Source: an uncultured Acidobacteriota bacterium
Lineage (GTDB): Bacteria > Acidobacteriota > Thermoanaerobaculia > Multivoradales > SZUA-115
Assembly (NCBI GenBank): GCA_963805975.1
Contig: CAWDVR010000006.1
Coordinates: forward strand, 64,001 to 128,000
Direction: 5' to 3'
Length of the DNA: 64,000 nt
Shown here: positions 9,433 to 18,404 of the stretch, one piece after another
How positions within the stretch are numbered: the first letter of the stretch is position 1
Layout: every line of letters starts with the position of its first letter
Translations under genes and position numbers: made by a program
Notes under the pieces: model-generated
What the model was told of the DNA's origin: nothing
What the model saw: only the letters and a program-made list of their open reading frames with translations
Databases searched by the model: none

Positions 9433-10284
9433 ATGAGAATGGAGAACGATGTCCGTTTGGTCTCGACTTCCGACCTGCTGGCGCTAGAGCAACTTCTGTG
9501 TGCGCCGAATGATCCCGCCCGCGAGCCGGCGGACCCGGTCTTGGCGCAGTCGACGCGCCTCAAGGCCGCCGAACTCCTGTCGAGCGAGATCCACAATCGC
9601 GGCCTGATCAACTGGCGCCGCGTTCGTAGCGCGATTGAGCACGAGAATACGCTTGTCAATCATCGAGTGACGTGGCTGCTGCTATCACAGGCCGCGCTTC
9701 TGGCAGCCTTCGCCAGCCTGTATGCCAAGTGGCTCGAACTTTCGGGTGGTAGCTCCGGAACACTGGTTGATAGCTATATACCTGTACCCCTCAGTCTTGT
9801 AGCCATTCTGGGCCTCGTGATTTGCTTCAACCTTCGTGTTTCTCTAAGGAACGCCGCAACCCAACTCAACCGGCTCACTAAGTGGTGGTACGCAATTCCA
9901 TTTCAGTTGTTAGAGGAGAAGAAGAAGGACGAAGCTCACGAAGCGTACGACGATGCTCATAAGAGTCATCCCCCGCTCCATCTTAATCACGAGATGGAGT
10001 GGCGCTTGACGGGAGCTCGAAGAGAGCGATGGAGGGCCCTGTTTGCCATTGAGGTGCTTCCTCTCTACTTCGTAGGGTCATGGCTCATACTGCTGTTCGG
10101 CGTGATTTTGCGGCACGTCATGCGCGATGACTGGTCGCAGGCTACCGCCATTGCAACTCAGATGTTCCCGGTAGTAATGGGATTGCTGGCAGTCGGCGCC
10201 ACTTTCGTTGCGGGACTGGCTTGGGGCCGTCGTAGCCTCAAGGCCCGGGGTGGTAGCACTACTAAGCCCTCGGATAGGGCTTAA
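9433..10284 (+). CDS. Hypothetical multi-pass membrane protein (possible RipA-like oligomeric membrane protein)
   Basis: AGGGAG RBS; IEHENTLVNHRVTWLLLSQAALLAAF followed by about 4 TM helices; many A/T-ending codons unlike neighbours. Confidence 0.7.
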   Translation: MRMENDVRLVSTSDLLALEQLLCAPNDPAREPADPVLAQSTRLKAAELLSSEIHNRGLINWRRVRSAIEHENTLVNHRVTWLLLSQAALLAAFASLYAKWLELSGGSSGTLVDSYIPVPLSLVAILGLVICFNLRVSLRNAATQLNRLTKWWYAIPFQLLEEKKKDEAHEAYDDAHKSHPPLHLNHEMEWRLTGARRERWRALFAIEVLPLYFVGSWLILLFGVILRHVMRDDWSQATAIATQMFPVVMGLLAVGATFVAGLAWGRRSLKARGGSTTKPSDRA

Positions 10285-10498
10285 GCGCAACTCGGTCGCC
10301 GCCCGAAGTCACAGATTCGACAGACTTATAGCGGCCCTCCTCCGTCCTCGTAGCTGCGTGCCAGAGAGCCTGGGATTTCGGCTCGACGCAAGTACTCGCA
10401 TGGCGATTCTTGCCATCGCCGGAGAGGTTTCCGGCTGACGCGGCCGCCAGCGCAGGCGGACCGGTGAGCGAGGACCGTGCTGTGCCTAATGCCGGGCC

Positions 10499-12526
10499 TC
10501 ACGGCACCACCGTCGACCATGCCGAGGTGTTGCCGCTCTCGAAGCCGTCCGCGAAGATCGCCTGGAAGTCGAGGATCTGCGCGTAGACATGCAAGTGCCC
10601 GTCCGAGGTGGACGGATAGAGGACGTGCACGCGTTCGCCGATCGGGGCGAGCCCGATGTAGTCGCCCACGAACTGGCTCTGGAAAGCGCTGAACCCGGCG
10701 AGCGCGCTCTGGAACGGCGGGTTCGTGATCCTCATCTCGCCCCATCCGAGACCGTCGTCCTCGCTCGTCGCGTAGTAGAGGTCGATCCAGGCGTTGGTGT
10801 CGGCATCGGCCTGCGCCGTGTTGCGGGTGTCGAAGAAGGCGAGGTGGAGCCTGCCGGTCGAATCGGCCTCGATCCAGGGGTGGAACTGGTCACGCGGCGG
10901 TGTCGAGTCGCCCCCGACGACGACCGGAGTGGACCAAGTCGTGCCGCCGTTGGTCGAGCGCGTCAGGTAGAGGTCCACGTCCCACTCGCCGCCGGCCGTG
11001 GAGGTGGTGTCCGGGTAGACCATCGTGAGCACTCCGTTCGTCGGGTTGACCGCCATGTAGGCGAGCGGAGCCACGCGGAAACCGCCCGGGAACCGCGGGT
11101 TGTTCTCCTCGGGGCCCCAGGTATCGAGACGGGTGGCGACGGTGATGGGCGAGCCGAAGGTCGCGCCGCCGTCCGTGCTCTTCACCAGCCTGAACTCAAA
11201 GCCGAAGTCCCAGTACAGAACGTAGAGGACGCCGTTGGCGCCGATCTTCGGCTGGAAGCCGAGCCCGGAGGGCAGGCTCTGGATGGCCGACCAGGTGGCG
11301 CCGAGGTCGTCCGAGCGCTGGATGCCCAGGTTGTAGGTGACGTAGAGCCGCGTGCTGTTGGGCAGGCCGGGCCGCGGACCGGCTGCGAGCAGGCCCTTGT
11401 CGATGATCGGGCTGACGCTGCTGCCGCCGTGGATCTGGACTGGAGCCAGGAAGTTCGCGGTCACGGCCTGCCGCCGCGCCACCCACAGCCGCGACGGGAC
11501 GTTGGTGACGTAACCGAAGAGGATGCCGCCCACCCACTGGGTGCCGGTGCGCGGGTCGTGTGCCACCATCGGGTCTCCCTCGTAGTCACCGGCCGCGGCG
11601 AACGGCCCGTGCAGCACCTGGTCGCTCCACGAGCCCCCGCCGTTCAGGCTGGCTGCCGCCGCCACCTTCCACGGGCCGTTGTTGCCGCCCTGGCGCAGGT
11701 CGATCCAGCCCGCCACCAGCTCGGGCCCGGCACCCGCCGCGAGGATGGTCTCTGCCGAGTGCGCGTTGCCGGCCCCGGCGTCGACCCGCGTCGGGGGCAG
11801 GGCGACCGGAAGCGGCGTCGCGCCGCGGGCCTCGAACGCCGCCTTCCGCACCTCGCAGGAAGCCGCGAGCGCCGAAGGCAGGGGCGTGCCCAGCCGCTTC
11901 GCCTCGGCCCGGTGCTCCTCGCAGGAGTCGCGGTCGCCGAGCAGGAAGTGGAGGGCTGCGAGCCGCGCGTGCGCAGAGCCGTAGTCCGGCTCGTAGCCGA
12001 GGAGCGTCTGCCACTCGGCCATGGCCTCGTCCAGCTTCCGCTCGGCCTGGAGGAGGCCCGCCAGCTCGTGCCGGCTCTCGAGGTGCCTCGGGTCGAGGTC
12101 GAGCGCGGTGCGATAGGCAGCCTCTGCGTGCTCCGTGCGCTGGAGGAAGCGCAGCGCGCGGGCCAGGAGGTAGTAGGGCAGCGGCCGCTCCGGTGCGGAG
12201 CGGATGGGGGCGACGAGGAGCTCCAGAGCCTCGTAGGAGCGCCCGTTCTCCAGCAGGTCGCTGGCCTGGCGGAGCGCGCGGTCCGCTTCCTCGGGGGCGA
12301 GCGGCCGGCCGACGGGAGCGGTCACCATGGGCAGCGCCCGCACCCGCTCGCGCTCGAAGACCAGCCCCTGGAGCCGCTGGTCCACCAGGCGCTCCTTGAT
12401 CGCCTCGGGTGGCCCGAAGCCAAGCTGTGGCGAAGCGTTCGGAAGGGCGCAGGCTGCGGTGCCCGCCAGGGCCAGAAGGACCAGGGCGCGCGAGACGAGA
12501 ACGAGGTGTCGAGACAGATCGTGCAT
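10499..12526 (-). CDS. Exported TPR + BNR/Asp-box (sialidase-like propeller) protein with C-terminal IFADGFESG motif
   Basis: Lipobox-like GTAAC; TPR helices; Asp-boxes SLNGGGSW, SDDLGATW, STDGGATF, STNGGTTW, SEDDGLGW; GDYIG; start MHDLS. Confidence 0.8.
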   Translation of the reverse strand: MHDLSRHLVLVSRALVLLALAGTAACALPNASPQLGFGPPEAIKERLVDQRLQGLVFERERVRALPMVTAPVGRPLAPEEADRALRQASDLLENGRSYEALELLVAPIRSAPERPLPYYLLARALRFLQRTEHAEAAYRTALDLDPRHLESRHELAGLLQAERKLDEAMAEWQTLLGYEPDYGSAHARLAALHFLLGDRDSCEEHRAEAKRLGTPLPSALAASCEVRKAAFEARGATPLPVALPPTRVDAGAGNAHSAETILAAGAGPELVAGWIDLRQGGNNGPWKVAAAASLNGGGSWSDQVLHGPFAAAGDYEGDPMVAHDPRTGTQWVGGILFGYVTNVPSRLWVARRQAVTANFLAPVQIHGGSSVSPIIDKGLLAAGPRPGLPNSTRLYVTYNLGIQRSDDLGATWSAIQSLPSGLGFQPKIGANGVLYVLYWDFGFEFRLVKSTDGGATFGSPITVATRLDTWGPEENNPRFPGGFRVAPLAYMAVNPTNGVLTMVYPDTTSTAGGEWDVDLYLTRSTNGGTTWSTPVVVGGDSTPPRDQFHPWIEADSTGRLHLAFFDTRNTAQADADTNAWIDLYYATSEDDGLGWGEMRITNPPFQSALAGFSAFQSQFVGDYIGLAPIGERVHVLYPSTSDGHLHVYAQILDFQAIFADGFESGNTSAWSTVVP

Positions 12527-12661
12527 GACCTGAAGCTCCTGCCCGCGGCGCGGGCTCCATCCGGAGGTCTTGTAGTGCGAGTGAAATGTCACGGTAGCAT
12601 AGATGAGCAGCCGATCAATCGTCCTGGATGGTCCCTCGCGTCTGCGGGATATCCTCGGCGC

Positions 12662-13831
12662 ATGAGCTGGAGAAGCGCGAAAGGTGCCGCGGCCCTGGGC
12701 GTCGGGCTGGCCTTTTCGCTTCTGGCACCTCCTTCCCGTGCCCACGATCTCCAGCTCACCGAGACGTTGGTGCTGTTGAAGGTCGACGGCACGTACCAGG
12801 TGGACCTGACCTGCGACCTCGACGCCCTGGCCCTGGGCGTCGGTCCCGAGGTCGGGGCGCTCGAAGCCAAGGCGGCGCTCGAGAGCCTGACGCCCGACGA
12901 GCTCCAGACCAAGGTGGCGACGCTCCGGGAGATGCTGGCCCGGCGGGTGCGGCTGCGCTTCGACGGCCTGCCGGCGCAGCCCCGCGTGGAGCTTCCGGAC
13001 GCCACGTCGCCGGGGCACTCGTCAGATTCCACCGGGATCATCGCCCCGTCCCTGCTCGGCCTCACGGCCCGCTTCGTGGGCCGGCTGCCCGCCGACGCCC
13101 AGGAGCTCTCGATCCAGGTGTCGAGTGGATTTCCGCCCGTTCTGCTGACGGTGCTCGACCAGGCGAGCGCCACCGGCCGCCGGCTGCCGCTGCAGAAGGG
13201 CGAGGAGAGCCCGAAGTTCCCGCTCGGCCGGCCGCTTGTGGAGACGGCGACGTCTGGTGGAGCCGCGGGGCGGCTCGACGTGGCGGCACGCTATCTGCTG
13301 CTGGGGTTCCTGCACATCCTGCCCAAGGGGTTGGACCACATCCTCTTCGTGCTCGGGCTCTTCCTCTTGAGCGCGCGCTGGCGTCCTCTACTGTGGCAGG
13401 TGACGGCCTTCACCGCCGCCCACACCATCAGCCTGGCCCTCGCCACCTTCGGCGTGGTCGAGCTGCCGTCGCGGGTCGTGGAGCCGCTAATCGCGCTCTC
13501 GATCGCCTACGTGGCGATCGAGAACACGCTCACCCAGGAGCTCAAACCCTGGCGGCCGTTCGTGGTCTTCGCCTTCGGCCTGCTGCACGGCCTGGGCTTC
13601 GCGGGGGTCCTGGCCGAGCTCGGCCTGCCGCAGGGCGAAGCGGTGGCGGCGCTGCTCTCGTTCAACGTCGGTGTCGAGCTGGGGCAGCTCGCGGTGCTGG
13701 CGGCGGCTTTCGTGCTGCTGGGGGCCTTCCGCGATCGCCCGTGGTATCGCCGCCGGGTGGTGATCCCGCTCTCGCTGGCGATCGCCGCCGTGGGGATCTA
13801 CTGGGCGATCACGCGGGCGATGGGAGGGTAG
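12662..13831 (+). CDS. HupE/UreJ family membrane protein with N-terminal periplasmic domain
   Basis: Signal peptide SRA-HD; GFLHILPKGLDHILF, TAFTAAHTISL, FGLLHGLGFA, FNVGVELGQ. Confidence 0.9.
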   Translation: MSWRSAKGAAALGVGLAFSLLAPPSRAHDLQLTETLVLLKVDGTYQVDLTCDLDALALGVGPEVGALEAKAALESLTPDELQTKVATLREMLARRVRLRFDGLPAQPRVELPDATSPGHSSDSTGIIAPSLLGLTARFVGRLPADAQELSIQVSSGFPPVLLTVLDQASATGRRLPLQKGEESPKFPLGRPLVETATSGGAAGRLDVAARYLLLGFLHILPKGLDHILFVLGLFLLSARWRPLLWQVTAFTAAHTISLALATFGVVELPSRVVEPLIALSIAYVAIENTLTQELKPWRPFVVFAFGLLHGLGFAGVLAELGLPQGEAVAALLSFNVGVELGQLAVLAAAFVLLGAFRDRPWYRRRVVIPLSLAIAAVGIYWAITRAMGG

Positions 13832-14645
13832 CGAGCCTGAGATAGGCGGCGATCTCGGGCCGCTCTAGATACTCGGCCCAATCGAGTGGCGTCGCCTGGT
13901 AGAGGCGGTCCCTCGTGCCGGGCGCGGCCCCGGCCTCGACCAGGACCTCGACCGCCTCGAGAGAGCCCGAGTCCACGGCGTGATGGAGCGCCGTGCCGTG
14001 GGGATGAAACCCGGGCGGGCTGTAGGCGTCGAGGTCGACGCCGAGGTCGAGCAGGTGCCTGAGGCTCCCGGCGTGGCCATAGAGAGCGGCGGCCACGAAT
14101 GCGAGCTGGCGCTCGGCAGGGCTTGCCACCTGGCCGAGGCGCGCGACGTCAGCCATGCGCCCGGTGCAGACCGCGGCCAGCAGGGTCCACGTGGCGCCGC
14201 GCTCGAGGAGCCGCTCGGCCGCGGCGAGCTCGCGATGCGCGAGGGCCGAGACCAGGGCGCCGTCGGGGTCCGCGCCGGCGTCACCCAGCACGTCGATGAG
14301 CTCGCGCTGGACGCCGCACTCCCGCGGGACCCGCCCGGAGCACACCAGCTCGAGGGCGTAGTCGATCGGTTGCCCGCAGCCCTCTGCTCCCTGGCTCGTC
14401 ATCGCCTGCAGGATCGTACGGGTCAGCGGCGCGATGTTCTCCGGCAGCTTGCCGGTGCGGATCGGGTTCTCGGCCACGAACCAGAGCAGGTACGGCCGGC
14501 GGAAGTAGCCCTCGCCGTAGTCGAGGCGGTCGCGGGCCAGCCCTGGATGCGCGGCCAGGAGGCCTTCCAGAGCGCTCGCGTCGCCGGCGTCGAGGGCGGC
14601 CACGGCCGCCCGGAACGACGGGTCGGGGATGTCGGCAGTATCCAT
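13809..14645 (-). CDS. Ankyrin-repeat protein
   Basis: GTALHHAVDSG, ATPLDWA, LLDLGVDLD ankyrin motifs. Confidence 0.8.
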   Translation of the reverse strand: MDTADIPDPSFRAAVAALDAGDASALEGLLAAHPGLARDRLDYGEGYFRRPYLLWFVAENPIRTGKLPENIAPLTRTILQAMTSQGAEGCGQPIDYALELVCSGRVPRECGVQRELIDVLGDAGADPDGALVSALAHRELAAAERLLERGATWTLLAAVCTGRMADVARLGQVASPAERQLAFVAAALYGHAGSLRHLLDLGVDLDAYSPPGFHPHGTALHHAVDSGSLEAVEVLVEAGAAPGTRDRLYQATPLDWAEYLERPEIAAYLRLATLPSPA

Positions 14646-14708
14646 GGGGAACGGTCCGGCGAGAGGGCCGCCGGCATTCTACGCGCCGTGGCCCTCTCGC
14701 GGATCGTC

Positions 14709-15719
14709 CTACTTCACCACGCGGATCCGATACTTGCCGGTGCCGCCGGCCGTGTTGAAGTGCCGGACCTGCACCTTGTAGGTGCCCGGCACCAGGTCGG
14801 CCGCGATCCGTGGGTTGCGGCCCTCGCCGTTGTCGTCGTCCTGGGCGATCTGGGTGCCGCTGGGCCCCAGGAGCGACATCACCAGGTCGGTCGTGCCGGT
14901 GGTCTCGATGGTGTAGCGCCCGGCGGTCGCGGCGTTGAAGGTGTAGAGATCCTCTTCCGCCGGCTGGCCGATCTCGGCCTCGTGACCTTCGGAGACCGGC
15001 AGCTCGACCGTCGTGCTGGGTCCCTGCGCCTTCGGGTAGACGAGGCCGGCGAACGTCTTGTCGAGACCGGATAGATTCTCGTTGGGGTCGGTGTGGAACC
15101 CGTTCAGGGTCCAGGACGCCGGGAAGCTGTAGAGCATCACGGAGACCGCGTCGAAGTCGCTGCCGTTGATCTGCGAGACCTCGTACTTGTCGTAGAGGTT
15201 GTGCTGGATGGTCGCCGGGTCCCAGTTGTTGGGCGGCCCGGCGAGCGCGGCGTTGACCACCGGCTTGTTCCACTGGATGGGATTGGCGCGCGGGTTCTGG
15301 TGCTCGTGGATCATGCCGAGCATGTGGCCGAACTCGTGCAGGATCACGCCCTCGTCCAGCCAGCCGAAGTTCATCGTCGCCTGGTTGGCGGGGATGCCCA
15401 GCGCGTCCTTGCCGATGTAGGACCAGGCGCCGTCGTCGGCGAAGGTGATGCGGATCTGCGCCGTCGGGCTGTTGTCGAAGACGAACTTCAGGTTGGCGTG
15501 GTCCGTCCACTGCGGCGCGAACTGCTTCACTTGGTCGTGCTGGGCGGAGGTGCCGCCGAGAAAGCGGAACGAGAGAACCGTTCCGTTCGGCCACAGCTTC
15601 GCGATCTCGAACGCGGCGCGGGTGGGGCCCACGCTCAACGCCATCATGCGTCCGGCAAGGGGCCGGTGCAGATCCTGGGGCAGAATCCGGTCGAAGCAGA
15701 CTTTCTCGGTTTGGGGCAT
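14709..15719 (-). CDS. Astacin-like (M12A) zinc metalloprotease with C-terminal PPC domain
   Basis: HEFGHMLGMIHEH, Met-turn SVMLY, PPC-like DLYTF/DDDNGEG; AAGGAGG RBS before MPQTE. Confidence 0.85.
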   Translation of the reverse strand: MPQTEKVCFDRILPQDLHRPLAGRMMALSVGPTRAAFEIAKLWPNGTVLSFRFLGGTSAQHDQVKQFAPQWTDHANLKFVFDNSPTAQIRITFADDGAWSYIGKDALGIPANQATMNFGWLDEGVILHEFGHMLGMIHEHQNPRANPIQWNKPVVNAALAGPPNNWDPATIQHNLYDKYEVSQINGSDFDAVSVMLYSFPASWTLNGFHTDPNENLSGLDKTFAGLVYPKAQGPSTTVELPVSEGHEAEIGQPAEEDLYTFNAATAGRYTIETTGTTDLVMSLLGPSGTQIAQDDDNGEGRNPRIAADLVPGTYKVQVRHFNTAGGTGKYRIRVVK

Positions 15720-15928
15720 GGGGTCCTCCTTGTAGGGTTGAAGCGGTGGTCGGTGCGGCTCAGCCCATCGTCGTGAGACGGACACGGGAGCGGCGCCTTC
15801 CACCCGTCTGTTGTTCGAGACAGGCCCCTCGTCGCAGCTTTTTGTTACCTTGAATGGCGAAGTGACGAGAAGGTCCGCCGAGGACCGAGGGCGAAGGCGG
15901 CGTAGAATCCGGTTCCGGCCACGAAACC

Positions 15929-16705
15929 ATGAAGACCATCACCTGGAACGTCAACTCGATCCGCCAGCGTCTGGCGCGCACCCTGGCGCTCCTCGAGCGC
16001 CACCAGCCCGACCTTCTCTGCCTGCAGGAGACCAAGGTCACGGACGAGGAGTTTCCCCTGGCCGAGCTGGCGCGGCTGGGATACCGCGCCGAGCTCTTCG
16101 GCCAGCGCGGGTACAACGGCGTGGCGCTCGTCTCCCGCCTGCCGCTCACCGGCGTCACCCGCGGCTTTGCCGGCGACCCCACCGACCAGGCGAGGGTGAT
16201 CTCGGGGGAGCTGGCGGGCCTCCGGGTCACCAACCTCTACGTGGTCAACGGCGAGTCCCTGGCGAGCCCCAAGTACGAGATCAAGCTCGCCTGGCTCGCG
16301 GCGCTCGGCGAGTGGCTGCGACGCGAGCACGACCCGGCGCGGCCCCACCTCCTGGTCGGCGACTTCAACATCGCTCCCGAGGACCGGGACATCCATGACC
16401 CCGAGCTCTGGCGGGGGAGGGTGCTGGCGAGTGAGCCCGAGCGCGACCGCCTGCGGGCGATCCTCGGCTGGGGGGTGTCGGACCTGCTGCGGGCCAAGAC
16501 CCAGGAGGGCGGCATCCACACCTGGTGGGACTACCGCATGGGTGCCTTCCACCGCGGCTGGGGCCTGCGCATCGACCTCGCCCTCGGCACCCCGGCCGTG
16601 GCCGGGCGGCTGATCTCGGTGACCGTGGACCGCGAGGAGCGCAAGCCCACCTCCGGCGAGGGCAAGCCCAGCGACCACGCCCCGGTGGTGGTGGAGCTGG
16701 GTTGA
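15929..16705 (+). CDS. xth: Exodeoxyribonuclease III
   Basis: TWNVNS, CLQETK, GYNGVA, GDFNIAP, TWWDYR, GLRID, SDHAPV; TAGAAT -10 at 15903. Confidence 0.95.
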   Translation: MKTITWNVNSIRQRLARTLALLERHQPDLLCLQETKVTDEEFPLAELARLGYRAELFGQRGYNGVALVSRLPLTGVTRGFAGDPTDQARVISGELAGLRVTNLYVVNGESLASPKYEIKLAWLAALGEWLRREHDPARPHLLVGDFNIAPEDRDIHDPELWRGRVLASEPERDRLRAILGWGVSDLLRAKTQEGGIHTWWDYRMGAFHRGWGLRIDLALGTPAVAGRLISVTVDREERKPTSGEGKPSDHAPVVVELG

Positions 16706-16764
16706 GAGCGAGGGCCTGACCGGAAAGCGGCTCGCGGGGTCCGTCCAAGGGACGAGGAGCGCAC

Positions 16765-18328
16765 ATGAGCTTCGACCCCACTCGCTACTACCAGCTGACC
16801 CACAAGACACTGGGCCCGAACCAGGCCCTGGACGTGAACCCAGACGGCAGCGGCCGGCTGATGATGGCCAGCACGGGGTCGGCCAGCGGGCAGAGCTGGC
16901 AGCTGGCCGACCTGCCGGGTAGCAGAGCACGCACTACGGACCCAGTATCTGGGCGACGGCCTGTCGCTCGATGCCTGCAAGACCGACTCCGGCCCCACGC
17001 CGTGCATGGCTCCGACCGTGGACGGCCTTGGGCAGGCCTGGACGCTCCAGCCGCTCGCTGACGGAACCTTCAGGCTGATCCATGATCTTGCTGGCCAGGA
17101 CCTCTCGCTCGACACCACCGGCAATACGCCGGCACTGGTCTTCGCTCCCGGAGGTCCCACGGGACAGGGCTGGACACTGACCGCGACAGGGAAGGTGGAG
17201 AGCACGGTCGCCATCCCGGGTTTTGCCGTCGGCGTGCAGCCGAGCGAAGGAGCGACGGATTTCACGCTCTATGCCGATTCCCGACCGAAACGCACCGTCC
17301 GGGCAGTGATGGTCTTCGTCGACTTCAAGGACGCTCAAGCTCCCGGGGGGACGGCCACCGCGGCGGCCCTGGCTGGCGACCTGCTCGGCAACGGGTTGGC
17401 CCAGAAGCTCTTTCACGAGCAGTCCTACGGCGGATTGACCCTGGACGTGACCGTGAGGTCAGACCTGGGCTGGCAGCGGATGCCCGGCGCCAGCAGCGAC
17501 CTCGATACGCACGAGACCGGTCCTCACAGGACCTACATCGAACGGGCGGCGGCGCTGTTCACGAAGTTCGACAACACCCAGGACGAGGTCACGTTCTCGG
17601 CCTACCATCTCGTCTTCATCGTCGCGCCCGAGCAGGCCGCCCTGGGTGGCGCTTCGGCCTTCGCTGCGCCTCTGGGATCTGGTGCCTCCTCGTCGAGCGG
17701 CGAGATCCGGCTGGCGGTCACCTTCAAGGGTAAGTCCTCACGGGAGAGCTTCACCACCGTGGTCCATGAAGCCGGCCATCTGTTCGGACTTCCGGACCAC
17801 TACCCTGCGAAGGGCAACGCCGACAACTCGCTCGCCGGCTGCTGGTCGATCATGTCCGACATTTTCCACGCCACAGGATTCCTGGGCTGGCACCGGCACA
17901 AGAACGGCTGGCTCGAGCCGTCGAGGAAGACCTACCTGACTCCTGCCGCAGGTCCATGGTGGGGGACGCTTCATCCTCTCTCCTCAGCCCAAGGCCTGTC
18001 GATGGTAGTGATCCCTGTCGACGACCCGGTCAACCCCTCCCAAGTCCTGGTGATCGAGCTGGCGCAGCGGGTTCGTGGCAAGGATGGCGGGGAGTCTCAC
18101 GGCAGAGGCGTCCTGCTCTACAGCGTCGACACGACTCTCGGCCCCGACCGGTCGCCGGTGGCGGTTCTGCCGAAGCACCGGAGCTTCAGCGACAACTTCG
18201 GCAACCTGTTCGAGGCGCCCTACCTGGTGGACGACAAGGCGCTGGCCAGCACTCAAAGCGAGGACGTGATCCTCGAGGTGATCCAGCGATTTGGGGAGTC
18301 TTACTACGTGACGATTCGGTTTCTCTGA
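16765..18328 (+). pseudogene. Ricin-B lectin repeats + M6 (immune inhibitor A-like) metalloprotease, split by a +1 frameshift near 16928
   Basis: QxW repeats (GQSW, GQAW, GQGW); HEAGHLFGLPDHY and WSIMS; removing one base gives a 520-aa ORF joining the two track ORFs. Confidence 0.75.
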
Positions 18329-18404
18329 CCAGGGCGGGCTCCCTCCAGGCGGCTCGAGCGGCTGTCCATGAAGATGAGGCGGTCCAGAAGATAGAGTCCG
18401 GGTC

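Noticed and set aside
10589-12661. 1080-aa HupE/UreJ giant
   Set aside because: The N-terminal part is the antisense of the TPR-BNR gene; a proper signal peptide starts at 12662.
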